Shown here one piece after another: positions 39,630 to 48,993 of a DNA stretch of 64,000 bases (its first letter is position 1; every line of letters begins with the position of its first letter). The translations under genes were made by a program, and so were the position numbers. Below the pieces are notes generated by a model that did no database searches, was not told the DNA's origin, and was given only the letters and a program-made list of their open reading frames with translations. The stretch comes from an uncultured delta proteobacterium (lineage in GTDB: Bacteria > Myxococcota_A > Polyangia > Fen-1088), in assembly GCA_963767925.1 (NCBI GenBank), contig CAVYGB010000010.1, forward strand, positions 1,120,001-1,184,000. The letters are read 5' to 3'.

Positions 39630-40283
39630 TCAGCCGACCATGCCCTCGTCGGCGACGAAGCGGGCGAGCTGGGCGGGCGAGCGAACGTCGAGCTTGCGGT
39701 TGATGTGCAGGCGGTGGGCGTCCACCGTACGGACGCTGACGCAGAGGGAGCGGGCGATCTCCTTGCTGGAGCGACCATCGATCAACATGCACAGCACCTC
39801 GCGCTCGCGGCGCGAGAGCTGGTCCAGCCCGCGATCGACCTTGCCGGCCTCGAGGTGAGTCCCCAGCGTCGGGCTGAGGTAGACGCCGCCGGCGCGGACC
39901 TGTTCGATGGCTTCGATGATCTGGGACAGCGGCTCGTTCTTGAGGGCGTAGCCGCGCACCCCCGCCTTGAAGGCGTCGCGCACGAACACCGGGTGCGGCT
40001 CACGCCCCAGCATCAAGATCGGCGTCCGGTTGCGCCGCCGCCGCAGCTCGCGGGTCAGCGACACCCCGTCGCTGTCCCCGAGGATGAAGTCGACCAGCGC
40101 GAGATCGGGGCGGCGGGCCTCGATGAGCAGGCAGCCCTCACGCGCGCCGCTCGCTTCTCCGATCACCCGGTAGTCGGTCAGGGTGGACAGGGCGATGCGC
40201 AGGCTCTGGCGGTACGCCAGATGATCTTCGACGAGCACCAGGTCCACCACCCAACAATAGGTGCGGGACCGACGCGAGGCCAT
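39630..40283 (-). CDS. NarL/LuxR family response regulator
   Basis: LVEDH, LVD, YALK; LSRREREVL...KEIARSL HTH; start may be the GTG near 40250. Confidence 0.92.
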   Translation of the reverse strand: MASRRSRTYCWVVDLVLVEDHLAYRQSLRIALSTLTDYRVIGEASGAREGCLLIEARRPDLALVDFILGDSDGVSLTRELRRRRNRTPILMLGREPHPVFVRDAFKAGVRGYALKNEPLSQIIEAIEQVRAGGVYLSPTLGTHLEAGKVDRGLDQLSRREREVLCMLIDGRSSKEIARSLCVSVRTVDAHRLHINRKLDVRSPAQLARFVADEGMVG

Positions 40284-40307
40284 CGATTCTTCCGGGCGAG
40301 CCTCGCG

Positions 40308-40805
40308 TCAGGTGCGCTCGGCCGACCGCTTCGCCGGCGCCGGCCACTCGGGGCCACTCTCGATGTTCGACCGGGGTGGCGTTCGACTCCGGAGCGAGCG
40401 GCCGAACCCGGCGACGTGTAAAAGGCCCGACAGGGCCGCCGCCTCGACGACGCCGGCGAGCCGGCCCCGGGCGTCCGTGACCACCGCGCACGTCACCCCC
40501 GACGACTCGAACAGCCGGCGCACCCGCTCGACCGGGTCGTCGGCCTTGCAGAACAGCAGCCGGGTGTTCATCACCTCGTCGACCGAGCAGAGCCCGGGCG
40601 CGCGCGACCGAGCCACCACCTTCACGACGATGTCCCGCTCGCTGATCACCCCGGCCACCGAGCCGTCCTTGCGACAGATGGGCAACAGCCGTTGCCCGGA
40701 GCGTTCCATCCGCCGGGCGGCGTTCTCGACGGTCTGACCGCAGGTCAACGGCGGCGGCTGCTTCCCCGGGGGGGCTTCGGTTCGCAGGAGATCGGCGATG
40801 CGCAT
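40308..40805 (-). CDS. CBS domain protein
   Basis: AARRM...LPI...GVISERDIV...VDEVM; second CBS repeat. Confidence 0.85.
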   Translation of the reverse strand: MRIADLLRTEAPPGKQPPPLTCGQTVENAARRMERSGQRLLPICRKDGSVAGVISERDIVVKVVARSRAPGLCSVDEVMNTRLLFCKADDPVERVRRLFESSGVTCAVVTDARGRLAGVVEAAALSGLLHVAGFGRSLRSRTPPRSNIESGPEWPAPAKRSAERT

Positions 40806-41026
40806 GGGCCGGCTCTTCAGCGTGACCTCCAGACCCGGACGGTGGCATCGGGTTCAGTGCCCAAACGCTGTCCCGGTGCACGACCGGGCTCGGACCGCCC
40901 CTGACGCACCCTCTGCCGCACAGAGCCATGCCGGTGTCGGAGAGTTTCGACTGCGGAAACCTCCTCGAAACCCCCTACCCGACACACTCGAATCACCGGC
41001 TCAGGCACCGGCCCAGGGAGACTTCG

Positions 41027-41215
41027 ATGAACCACGACGAGATCCGTCAGCTGATCAGGATCCGACATGAGCTCCGTCGACTGATCCGAGACCGCGACCA
41101 GGGCCCGGCCCGCCGGTTGCTGGCGCGCATGCGCGCGCTGACCTCCCGCGACTCGCGCGAACGCGCCTCGGTCGAGCCCGAGATCGAAAGGTGGCAGGTC
41201 GCCTTCCAGATCTAG
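41027..41215 (+). CDS. Small hypothetical protein (62 aa)
   Basis: GGGAG RBS, ATG, helical charged sequence, host-like codon usage. Confidence 0.55.
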   Translation: MNHDEIRQLIRIRHELRRLIRDRDQGPARRLLARMRALTSRDSRERASVEPEIERWQVAFQI

Positions 41216-41403
41216 CTTTCGCACCTGCGACCACCCCCAGCGACGCCACGACCCCTGCAAACACGTCCGTCGCCGGGGTGACAGCCCTGCTTCTCCGAGC
41301 GAACAAAACCGCTGCGGCGGGTGTCCAAACGTGCTCTCATCCCGACGGGACGTCGGGCGCACTTTGACCCCCCCGCCCCCCGAGCGCTCAACAAGGAGAA
41401 CAC

Positions 41404-42174
41404 ATGCGTGCAGCGGTAGGACTCTTGGCTCTGCTTCTCGTGCCGGCCGTTGCCCGCGCTCAGGGCGGCAGCATGGCGGCAACCCCGATGGCGGTCGACC
41501 TCAAGAAGGCGACGGTCGGTTCCTGGGCCGAGTACACCATGACGGCCGGTCCCCGGACGAGCAAGCTGCGCTGGTCCCTGGTGGGCCGCGACGGCGAGAG
41601 CCACACCCTCGAGATGGCCATGGAGGGCGGCATGCCCCAGGGCGCCCCGTCCAAGATGACCCTGCAGATGGCCCTGGTGCCCAACCCGACGACCTCGAAC
41701 AAGCCGGTCAAGCGGCTGTTGATGCAGTTCGGAGACATGGACCCGATGGAGATGCCGCTCGACATGCCCCAGATGGCCGAGCAGCGCTTCGAGAAGCCCG
41801 ACCCCAAGAAGCTGGTCGGCAAGGAGAAGATCAAGGTCGCCGCCGGCAGCTTCGCCACCGGCCACTACCGCGACACCGTCCCCCAGGGCACCATCGACGT
41901 CTGGGTGAGCGAGACCATCCCCCCGCTCGGCCTCGTGAAGATGACCCTCACCCCCAAGCCCGGCTCGGCCGGTCCGGGCGGGCCCGTGCCGAACATGGCC
42001 ATCGAGCTGGCGAGCAAGGGCACCGGCGCCAAGCAGGCGATCACGAAGGAAGCCAAGCCCTTCAACCCGGCGATGCTCGGGATGCCCGGCGGCGGCAGCG
42101 GCGCCCACGGCTCCGGCAAGCCCCCCGGGCCCCCGCCGGGCAAGGCCCCGCCCGCCCCGCCGCCCCCGAAGTAA
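41404..42174 (+). CDS. Secreted hypothetical protein
   Basis: AAGGAG RBS; signal peptide ending ARA; KIKVAAGSF motif; Pro-rich tail. Confidence 0.8.
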   Translation: MRAAVGLLALLLVPAVARAQGGSMAATPMAVDLKKATVGSWAEYTMTAGPRTSKLRWSLVGRDGESHTLEMAMEGGMPQGAPSKMTLQMALVPNPTTSNKPVKRLLMQFGDMDPMEMPLDMPQMAEQRFEKPDPKKLVGKEKIKVAAGSFATGHYRDTVPQGTIDVWVSETIPPLGLVKMTLTPKPGSAGPGGPVPNMAIELASKGTGAKQAITKEAKPFNPAMLGMPGGGSGAHGSGKPPGPPPGKAPPAPPPPK

Positions 42175-42314
42175 CCGCGACCCCCGACTCCCGACTCCCC
42201 ACGGCCCGAGGCGCCCCCGCGCTTCGGGCCGTCTTGCGTCTGGTCCTCGCGCGCGTGAAGTGATTCCCCGCAGCGACGGAGCCTTTGCAGATTCCGCGTA
42301 TTATCCTCGCCGAC

Positions 42315-42917
42315 ATGAGGCGAGCAATGAAGCGGGTCGTTTCTTACTTTGTCAGTGGGCTCATCATCGTGGTCCCGATCGCGCTCACCTTGTGGCTGCT
42401 CGGAGTGCTGCTGGTGACCATCGACGACTGGACCCGGATCTTCATGGGGAGCCGGGACGTGATCCCCGGGCTGGGGCTGCTGACGACCTTCGTGTTCGTC
42501 ACCCTGGTCGGCCTGCTGGGGTCGCACTTCTTCACCCGCCGCTTCGTGCAGGCCTTCGGCCGCGTGCTCGAGCGCCTGCCGGTGGTGAAGATGGTCTACA
42601 GCGCGGTCAAGGACATGATGAACGCGTTCGTGGGGCCAGAGCGGCGCTTCGACCGGCCGGTGCTGGTCGAGCTGCAGACCGGGGGCAACGTGCGGGCGCT
42701 CGGCTTCATCACCCGCGAGTCGATGGCCCACCTCGGCCTGGCCGAGGATCTGGCGGTCTATTTTCCCCAGGCCTACAACTTCGCCGGGCAGGTCCTCATC
42801 GTGAAGCGGGTCGCGATCACGCCCCTCGAGGTGCCGCCCTCGCAGGTGATGACGTTCATCGTGTCGGGCGGAGTCTCCGGCGTCCCTGGCGTCCCTGGCG
42901 TCCTCACCGGTCGCTGA
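42315..42917 (+). CDS. DUF502 family membrane protein
   Basis: FVSGLIIVVPIALT, RLPVVKMVYSAVKD, LGFIT, IVSGG; start uncertain. Confidence 0.88.
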   Translation: MRRAMKRVVSYFVSGLIIVVPIALTLWLLGVLLVTIDDWTRIFMGSRDVIPGLGLLTTFVFVTLVGLLGSHFFTRRFVQAFGRVLERLPVVKMVYSAVKDMMNAFVGPERRFDRPVLVELQTGGNVRALGFITRESMAHLGLAEDLAVYFPQAYNFAGQVLIVKRVAITPLEVPPSQVMTFIVSGGVSGVPGVPGVLTGR

Positions 42918-43016
42918 CCGCTCGACGAGCGGGACGAAACGATGCGCACGGCGCCGGCATTTTTGCGTCCAGACCCATCTCTTGGGCCTTACTGGTCGTC
43001 CGGTCAATAAAACGGC

Positions 43017-43046
43017 TTGACGCCATCCCGACCCAACCCGTAATTT
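43017..43046 (+). promoter_or_regulatory. Possible sigma70 promoter of the lipoprotein/TonB receptor operon
   Basis: TTGACG-N18-TAATTT in an AT-richer intergenic region. Confidence 0.4.
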
Positions 43047-43187
43047 GCAAACGCTTCTCGACCCGGTGGTGGCCGTGCCGTCGAGTTTTTCGCCCGTCGT
43101 ACCCACGTCGAAAAACGATCGAATCTGTTGGGCGAGGTGACCGGGCCGCGAGGCTGCGTGAAACGCAACCAATCCGGGAGGCCCGGC

Positions 43188-44330
43188 ATGAAGCGATGTG
43201 GTGGAGTGCCCTCGAACAACCCGAGGGCGACGTTGGCAATTTTCATCGGGATGGCCGCAGCGACAGGGCTGGCCGCCTGCGACCCCTACGAGGGCTTCGG
43301 CGAGGGAGACGAGGGGCTGGGCCCGGTCGACCCGGTGACGTTCCCCGCCGCCAACCTCGGCGCCGGCGGCAACCGCATGCAACCCGGGATCGGCGTGTTC
43401 CAGGAGACGCAGGCCTTCGCCGACGGCGCGGCCCTGGGCTACTTCCCGTATCTGTACCCCACGGCGACCACCCCCATCCCCGACCCCTTGCGCCTGCGGG
43501 ACAACGGGGCGGCCTACGCGCGGGTCCCCACCCCTGGCGTCTATTCGTTCGATCCGCCCGCCGGCGGCGCCTCCCCGCTACCGGCGAGCTACGAATGTTC
43601 GCCCCCGCCGGGCTACCAGTTCAACGAGGCGCGCGACGAGGTGCGCTTCGACCAGCAGGGCTCCGTGTTCGGCTCGCTGCCGACGGCGACCTACAACATG
43701 GGCGTCGCCTCGAGCACGACCTACGTGCCGGTGGTGGCCGAGTGGCCGATCAACTCGGCCGGCCAGCCCTGCCAGAAGCTCAAGAGCCGGGCCCAGGTCG
43801 AAGGGGTGTTCGGCCCCTTCGAGCCTGGCCGGGCCAGCGGCAAGTTCATGGCCTGGCTGATCATCGACCCCGCCGCCGCGGTCTACAAGATGACCGACGA
43901 CCCGGACACCGATCTCCGCGGCCTGGAGCTACAGCGCTGGGGCTGGTTCAACCGCTACCTGCTCGCCTACCTCGACGGGGGCTACATCCCCACCGGCGAG
44001 GATCAGGTGATGGAGGGCGGGGCGATGAAGACGGTGCTGCGCATGCGCCCGCAGAAGCTGTATTACCCCCGCTCGCCCGTCATCACGGCGAGCGGCATGG
44101 CCCCCGGCGTGCGCGGCGCTGGCTACGACGTGTTGACCGCCAAGCGCGGAGATCCCGACTACTCGCCGGTGTGCGAGGTCTGGATCTATAACCTCCCGGC
44201 CGCGGCCACGCCGGAGCAGCTCCCCAAAACGGCAGAAGCGATCGAGGCGATGTTCGTCGGCGATACGATGGGCAACCTCGCGCAAGCCCCCCTCCCCAAC
44301 CGTTACATCTTCTGCCTGCAGGTGAGGTGA
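43188..44330 (+). CDS. Hypothetical lipoprotein
   Basis: GGAGG before ATG 43188; lipobox LAAC; ends 3 nt before the receptor gene. Confidence 0.75.
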   Translation: MKRCGGVPSNNPRATLAIFIGMAAATGLAACDPYEGFGEGDEGLGPVDPVTFPAANLGAGGNRMQPGIGVFQETQAFADGAALGYFPYLYPTATTPIPDPLRLRDNGAAYARVPTPGVYSFDPPAGGASPLPASYECSPPPGYQFNEARDEVRFDQQGSVFGSLPTATYNMGVASSTTYVPVVAEWPINSAGQPCQKLKSRAQVEGVFGPFEPGRASGKFMAWLIIDPAAAVYKMTDDPDTDLRGLELQRWGWFNRYLLAYLDGGYIPTGEDQVMEGGAMKTVLRMRPQKLYYPRSPVITASGMAPGVRGAGYDVLTAKRGDPDYSPVCEVWIYNLPAAATPEQLPKTAEAIEAMFVGDTMGNLAQAPLPNRYIFCLQVR

Positions 44331-44333
44331 CCC

Positions 44334-47168
44334 ATGACGAGCCGAATCTCAGCCCTCGTGGTAACGCGCCTGCGGGACGCCGTCTCGCTCCTCCTGCTGC
44401 TGGCCGCGCTGGCCCCCCCGGCGGCGCAGGCCGCCGATCCGGTGGGCCGCATCCGCGGCGTGGTCCGGGAGTCGGGGACCAACACCCCCCTGCCCGCCGT
44501 CACCGTCACCGCCGACAGCCCGGCGCTGCTGGGCGGCCCCCGCATGGTGCTCACCAACGAGCTCGGGCGCTTCGAGGTCCCCAACCTGGCCCCCGGTGAA
44601 TACACCGTGGAGTTCTCCTACGCCGGCGTCGAGCCTGCCGTGCGGCGGGTGATCGTGCGCCAGGGCGAGGCGGTCCCCATCAACGTCGACTGGCAGCTCA
44701 CCGCGGTCGGGGTGGAGGCGGTCTCGGTCACCGAGAAGCGCCAGATGACCCGGCCCGACTCGACCACCACCGGCACGGTCGTCGACGCCGCCACCATGAA
44801 CCGCCTGCCCACCGCCCGCAGCTACCAGGGCTCGGCCCAGCTCGTCCCCGGCGTCAGCGGCGGGGCCAACCCCAACGTGAAGGGCGGCTTTTTCCGGAGC
44901 AACCGCTTCATGGTCGACGGGCTCGACGTCACCGACCCGGTGACCAACACCTTCGCCATGAACATCCCCTTCGACTCCATGCAGGGGGTGGAGATCCAGA
45001 CCGGCGGCATGGACGCCCAGCAGAACGCCCTCGGCGGCGTGGTCAACGTGCTCACCATGGGTGGCTCCGACGAGTTCCACGCCAACGCCTCGCTCTACGC
45101 CAACCACTACAAGCTGTCGCGCACGGGGGTCTTCGGCTCGCAGCTCTACGAATACACCCTGCCCTTCAACCCCGCCGAGGTGGGACCCACCCAGTCGTAC
45201 CAGGTCTCGGCCAACGTGGGCGGCCCGATCATCAAGCGCAAGCTCTGGTTCCGCCTGACCTACGACCTGCGCATGGCCGAGACCTCCCCCGCCAAGCTGG
45301 CCCCGCTGGGCGCGGCGCCCTACAACATCCAGCACCCTTCCCAGACCAGCACCAACCACCTGGCCAGCGCCCGGTTCTCCTACGCCCCCGCCTCCCTGCA
45401 CCGGATCTGGCTGTCGTCGAACTTCTCGCCCGGCGCGTTCAACAACACCAGCGGCGGCAACAGCCGGCTGGGCCCGGCCGAGAATCACCAGAACCAGAAC
45501 GCGCTGTTTGGCGTGCTCGGCTGGGACTGGTTCGTCTCGGGCAACGTCAGCACCCAGCTCCAGGCCGGCTACCTCTACGAGCAGATCGAGACCGGCCCCC
45601 AGGGCTGGCTGGGCACCATCGACTACACCGGCTGCGACCAGTTCCCCGGCGACGTCTGCGCCTACGACCGCAACCGCCCCTCCCACTTCAACCTGACCGA
45701 CGGCACCACCTGGTATCAGGGTGGGGCCTACCAGGACGACAAGCGCTGGCGCGTGCAGCTCGACCCCACCATGACCATCCGGGGCACGGCGGCCGGCCAG
45801 CACGAGGTGAAGTTCGGCGTGCAGGCCCAGTTCAACTACCGCACCCGGATCATCCAGACTCCGGGCGGGAGCACGTACACCGACAACGCCGCCGGCCTGC
45901 GGCTGGACGAGGGCCTGTGCGATCCGATGACCAACGCCAACGGGGCCTGCTTCCGGCGCACCGACTCCGACGACATCGACGTCAAGGAGAAGGCCTTCGG
46001 CATCGGCTTCTTCGCCCAGGACCGCTGGTGGACCCCCATCGAGCAGATCACGGTCATCCCCGGCATCCGGGCCGACTTCGGCACCTCGTTCGACCGCACC
46101 GGTCGCCAGGTGACGAAGCTGTTTGCCCTGGCCCCCCGGCTGGGCGTAACCGCCAACCTCACCCGCGACGGGCGCAACGTCCTGTTCGCCCACTACGGTC
46201 GGACCACCGAGACCTTGACCCTGCTGGTGGCCTCGGGCATCGACGCCACCGAGGCCGGGCGCGACGTCACCTACCAGTGGAACAACACGACCCGGGGCTT
46301 CACCACCCAGGTCTCCGAGAGCGGGGGCGACGGCGGGGTGGAGATCGCCAAGGGCAACACGGCTCCCCACGCCGACGAGATCACCGGCGGCTTCCGGCGG
46401 GAGATCTTCCCGAACACGGTGGCCTCGGTGGAGTACACCTACAAGAAGTTCTCCAACATCTGGGGGGCCATCGAGGTCAACCGGGTCTACGATCCCACCG
46501 GCTCGCGCGTGGTCGGCTGGAACGACCCGGACAAGGCCGGGCGAGACGTCCTGCTCTACGACACGCCCGACTGGAACTACCGCAAGTACCACGGCCTGCT
46601 GCTGTCGACCGAGGGGCAGCCCACCCCGAACTGGGTGTACGGGGCCAGCTACAACCTGTCGTGGACCTACGGCCCGGGTGAAAGCATCCTCGGCGCCAAC
46701 GCCTACGACAACCTCCGCCAGACCCGGTTCTTCAAGGGCTACCACCCGGAGGACCAGCGGCACTTCCTCCGCCTGTACGGGGCGACCTACCTGACCCGCT
46801 TCATCAACCTCGGCGGGGTCTTCTCTTACCAGAGCGGGGGCCCGGCCACGAAGGCGTATTACGGCGCCTTCGACGGGGCCTACGTCAACCGGCGGTCGCC
46901 GCTCGGCACGGCGCCGACCGCGCCCAACGACATCGAGTCGATCGGCGAGCTGCGGCTGCCCGACCAGATCGGCTTCGACACAACCTTGCGCATCAACATG
47001 TCGCCGAACCCTCGCTTCGGCTCGCTCCACCTGGTCGTCGACGTGTTCAACGTCCTCAACCTGCGCACGGCCAACAACTTCAACGTCACCGACCGGGCCA
47101 ACTACGGCATGGTCTCCGGCCGCCGCGCCCCCCGCCGCATCCAGCTCGCCCTCAACTACTCCTACTAG
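44334..47168 (+). CDS. Oar-like TonB-dependent receptor with N-terminal carboxypeptidase-regulatory-like domain
   Basis: Signal peptide; GRFEVPNLAPGEYTV; plug NRFMVDGLDVTDP, TGGMDA...GGVVNV; GGPIIKRKLWF; C-terminal PRRIQLALNYSY. Confidence 0.92.
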   Translation: MTSRISALVVTRLRDAVSLLLLLAALAPPAAQAADPVGRIRGVVRESGTNTPLPAVTVTADSPALLGGPRMVLTNELGRFEVPNLAPGEYTVEFSYAGVEPAVRRVIVRQGEAVPINVDWQLTAVGVEAVSVTEKRQMTRPDSTTTGTVVDAATMNRLPTARSYQGSAQLVPGVSGGANPNVKGGFFRSNRFMVDGLDVTDPVTNTFAMNIPFDSMQGVEIQTGGMDAQQNALGGVVNVLTMGGSDEFHANASLYANHYKLSRTGVFGSQLYEYTLPFNPAEVGPTQSYQVSANVGGPIIKRKLWFRLTYDLRMAETSPAKLAPLGAAPYNIQHPSQTSTNHLASARFSYAPASLHRIWLSSNFSPGAFNNTSGGNSRLGPAENHQNQNALFGVLGWDWFVSGNVSTQLQAGYLYEQIETGPQGWLGTIDYTGCDQFPGDVCAYDRNRPSHFNLTDGTTWYQGGAYQDDKRWRVQLDPTMTIRGTAAGQHEVKFGVQAQFNYRTRIIQTPGGSTYTDNAAGLRLDEGLCDPMTNANGACFRRTDSDDIDVKEKAFGIGFFAQDRWWTPIEQITVIPGIRADFGTSFDRTGRQVTKLFALAPRLGVTANLTRDGRNVLFAHYGRTTETLTLLVASGIDATEAGRDVTYQWNNTTRGFTTQVSESGGDGGVEIAKGNTAPHADEITGGFRREIFPNTVASVEYTYKKFSNIWGAIEVNRVYDPTGSRVVGWNDPDKAGRDVLLYDTPDWNYRKYHGLLLSTEGQPTPNWVYGASYNLSWTYGPGESILGANAYDNLRQTRFFKGYHPEDQRHFLRLYGATYLTRFINLGGVFSYQSGGPATKAYYGAFDGAYVNRRSPLGTAPTAPNDIESIGELRLPDQIGFDTTLRINMSPNPRFGSLHLVVDVFNVLNLRTANNFNVTDRANYGMVSGRRAPRRIQLALNYSY

Positions 47169-47171
47169 AGC

Positions 47172-47516
47172 CCCCTCACCCCTCCCTCTCCCCGCTACGC
47201 GGGGCGAGGGCGAACGGGCAACGGGCAACGGGCAACGGGCAACGGGCAACGGGCAACGGACAACGGGCAACGGGCAACGGGCAACGGGCAACGGGCAACG
47301 GGCAACGGGCAACGGGCAACGGGCAACGGGCAACGGGCAACGGGCAACGGGCAACGGGCAACGGGCAACGGACAACGGACAACGGACAACGGGCAACGGG
47401 GGGGGGCCGAGACCTCGAGCAAATTCGCCGTCGATCCCCGCTGGGGAGGATGCCCGGGCACCAAGGCGATTGTTCGCCCTCGCCCCGCGGCAGCGGGGAG
47501 AGGGAGGGGTGAGGGG
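47172..47516. repeat. REP/REPIN-like element: ~44-bp terminal inverted repeats, each internally palindromic
   Basis: 47172-47215 CCCCTCACCCCTCCCTCTCCCCGCT..GCGGGGCGAGGGCGAAC and its near-perfect reverse complement at 47472-47516. Confidence 0.8.
47213..47400 (+). repeat. Heptamer tandem repeat (AACGGGC)n, 26 full units plus a partial unit
   Basis: Direct reading; four units are the AACGGAC variant. Confidence 0.97.
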
Positions 47517-47532
47517 TCCGCGGCGACCCGGG

Positions 47533-48072
47533 TCACACGCCGCGGGGGCGGCGGACGGGGGTGCGGAGCTCGTTTTCCAGGGCGTCGGCGACGCGGCTGA
47601 AGTCCTGGGCCTCGGCGCCGCCGAGCTCGGCCAGGCGGCGATGGCAGTCGACGATGTACTGGGTGAGCCCTTCTTTCGTCGCGTAGGGATCGACCTCGAG
47701 CGCGAGATCTTCCTCGCCCTGGGTGGGCGGCAGGCTCTCGACGAAGGGGAGGAGCTGATCGAGGCGGCTCACGCTGAACAGCAGGCGCCGCTGCTCGGCG
47801 GGGGCGTGGATGGCGAAGCGCCCTTCCCCGCCGGCCGCGCTATCGGGGCGCATGCCGTGGCGCTTGTGCAGGCTGACCAGCCCGCCCAGGAAGGTGCTGT
47901 CGAGGTAGCTGCAGCCGGCCAGGTCGATGATCACCCGCCGCGCGCGATCGGCCAGGACCTGCTCGGCGAAGGCGTGGACGACCCGGCTCTCTGACATGGT
48001 CCCCGGTCCCTGCACCCGGATGGTCACGCCCTCGGGAAACCGCGCCACCGAAACTTTCGCGCGTTCACCCAT
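47533..48072 (-). CDS. STAS domain protein (anti-sigma factor antagonist-like)
   Basis: VIIDLAGCSYLDSTFLGGL with conserved Ser; GGAG RBS. Confidence 0.88.
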   Translation of the reverse strand: MGERAKVSVARFPEGVTIRVQGPGTMSESRVVHAFAEQVLADRARRVIIDLAGCSYLDSTFLGGLVSLHKRHGMRPDSAAGGEGRFAIHAPAEQRRLLFSVSRLDQLLPFVESLPPTQGEEDLALEVDPYATKEGLTQYIVDCHRRLAELGGAEAQDFSRVADALENELRTPVRRPRGV

Positions 48073-48196
48073 CGCTCCTATGGTCCTCCCTAAGCGGGAG
48101 GTTGGCAACCGGATCTGCCCCGGAAGTCGGGTGTGGCACGCACGCAGGACCGCGTACGCGCAAGGAGGACGTGGGGCGATGGCGCGGTGTTGCCGA

Positions 48197-48874
48197 CTAC
48201 CAGGGCAAGACTTCGCCGTTGGCGTGCCAGAACGTGCCGCTGTTTTCCAGGGTGAGACCGTCGATGCGCTCCACGAGCTGACGCGCCGACTGCTCGGGCG
48301 TGACGTTGCCGGAGTTGCTGGTCATCTCGGTGCGCACGAACCCAGGGTGGAGGATGGCCACCGCCACGCCCGACACGCGCAGGTCGCGGGCCAGCGACAC
48401 CGACATGGCGTTGAGCGCCGCCTTCGACATCCGGTAGCCGTAATACCCGCCCGATCCGTTGTCCCCCATGGAGCCCATGCGGCTGGTGATGGAGGCGATC
48501 TTGCCGCCCCGCCGCAGGCGCGGCTTCAAGGCCTGGACCACCCGCAGAGGGCCCAGGGCGTTGACCGCGATCTGGGTCTCCACGTCGGCCAAACGCACAC
48601 CGTCGAGATCGTCGCCCTGCAGAATCCCCGCGTTGAGCACGAGGATATCGATGGTCTCGTCGGCCAGGCGTTCGGCCAGCCCGCGGACCGACGCGTCGGA
48701 GGTGACGTCGATCCCGCCCTCGATGCGCCCCTTGCCCTTGCCGATCAGGGCGGTGAGCTCGGCGGACTCCTTCCGGCAAGCGGCGATCACGCGGTCGCCC
48801 CGCCCCTGGAACTGTCCGACGAGCGCGAGGCCGATGCCCCGGTTGGCGCCGGTGATGAGCACGTTGTTGGCCAT
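48197..48874 (-). CDS. Short-chain dehydrogenase (C-factor/CsgA-like subgroup)
   Basis: TGANRGIG, NAG, ITSRMGS, YRMSK, LHPGFVRTEM. Confidence 0.92.
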   Translation of the reverse strand: MANNVLITGANRGIGLALVGQFQGRGDRVIAACRKESAELTALIGKGKGRIEGGIDVTSDASVRGLAERLADETIDILVLNAGILQGDDLDGVRLADVETQIAVNALGPLRVVQALKPRLRRGGKIASITSRMGSMGDNGSGGYYGYRMSKAALNAMSVSLARDLRVSGVAVAILHPGFVRTEMTSNSGNVTPEQSARQLVERIDGLTLENSGTFWHANGEVLPW

Positions 48875-48993
48875 GTTGTCGTTTCTGCCATGCGCAGGGC
48901 GGGTCGGCCAAGTCGGCGCGCGCGCACACCCCGGGCGGTTTGACCGCGAATGTCGCGGGGGGTGAACCGACTCGTGTTAGATAGGGCCCGCCC

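Noticed and set aside
47213..47400. Possible CRISPR array
   Set aside because: Contiguous 7-bp units with no spacers and no cas genes; a simple tandem repeat
44349..47536. ORFs encoding (CPLPVAR)n, including the 1015-aa minus-strand ORF
   Set aside because: They are translations of the non-coding heptamer array and the antisense shadow of the TonB receptor
48134..48149. TGGCACG as a possible sigma54 promoter
   Set aside because: No GC at the -12 position and no suitably oriented downstream gene
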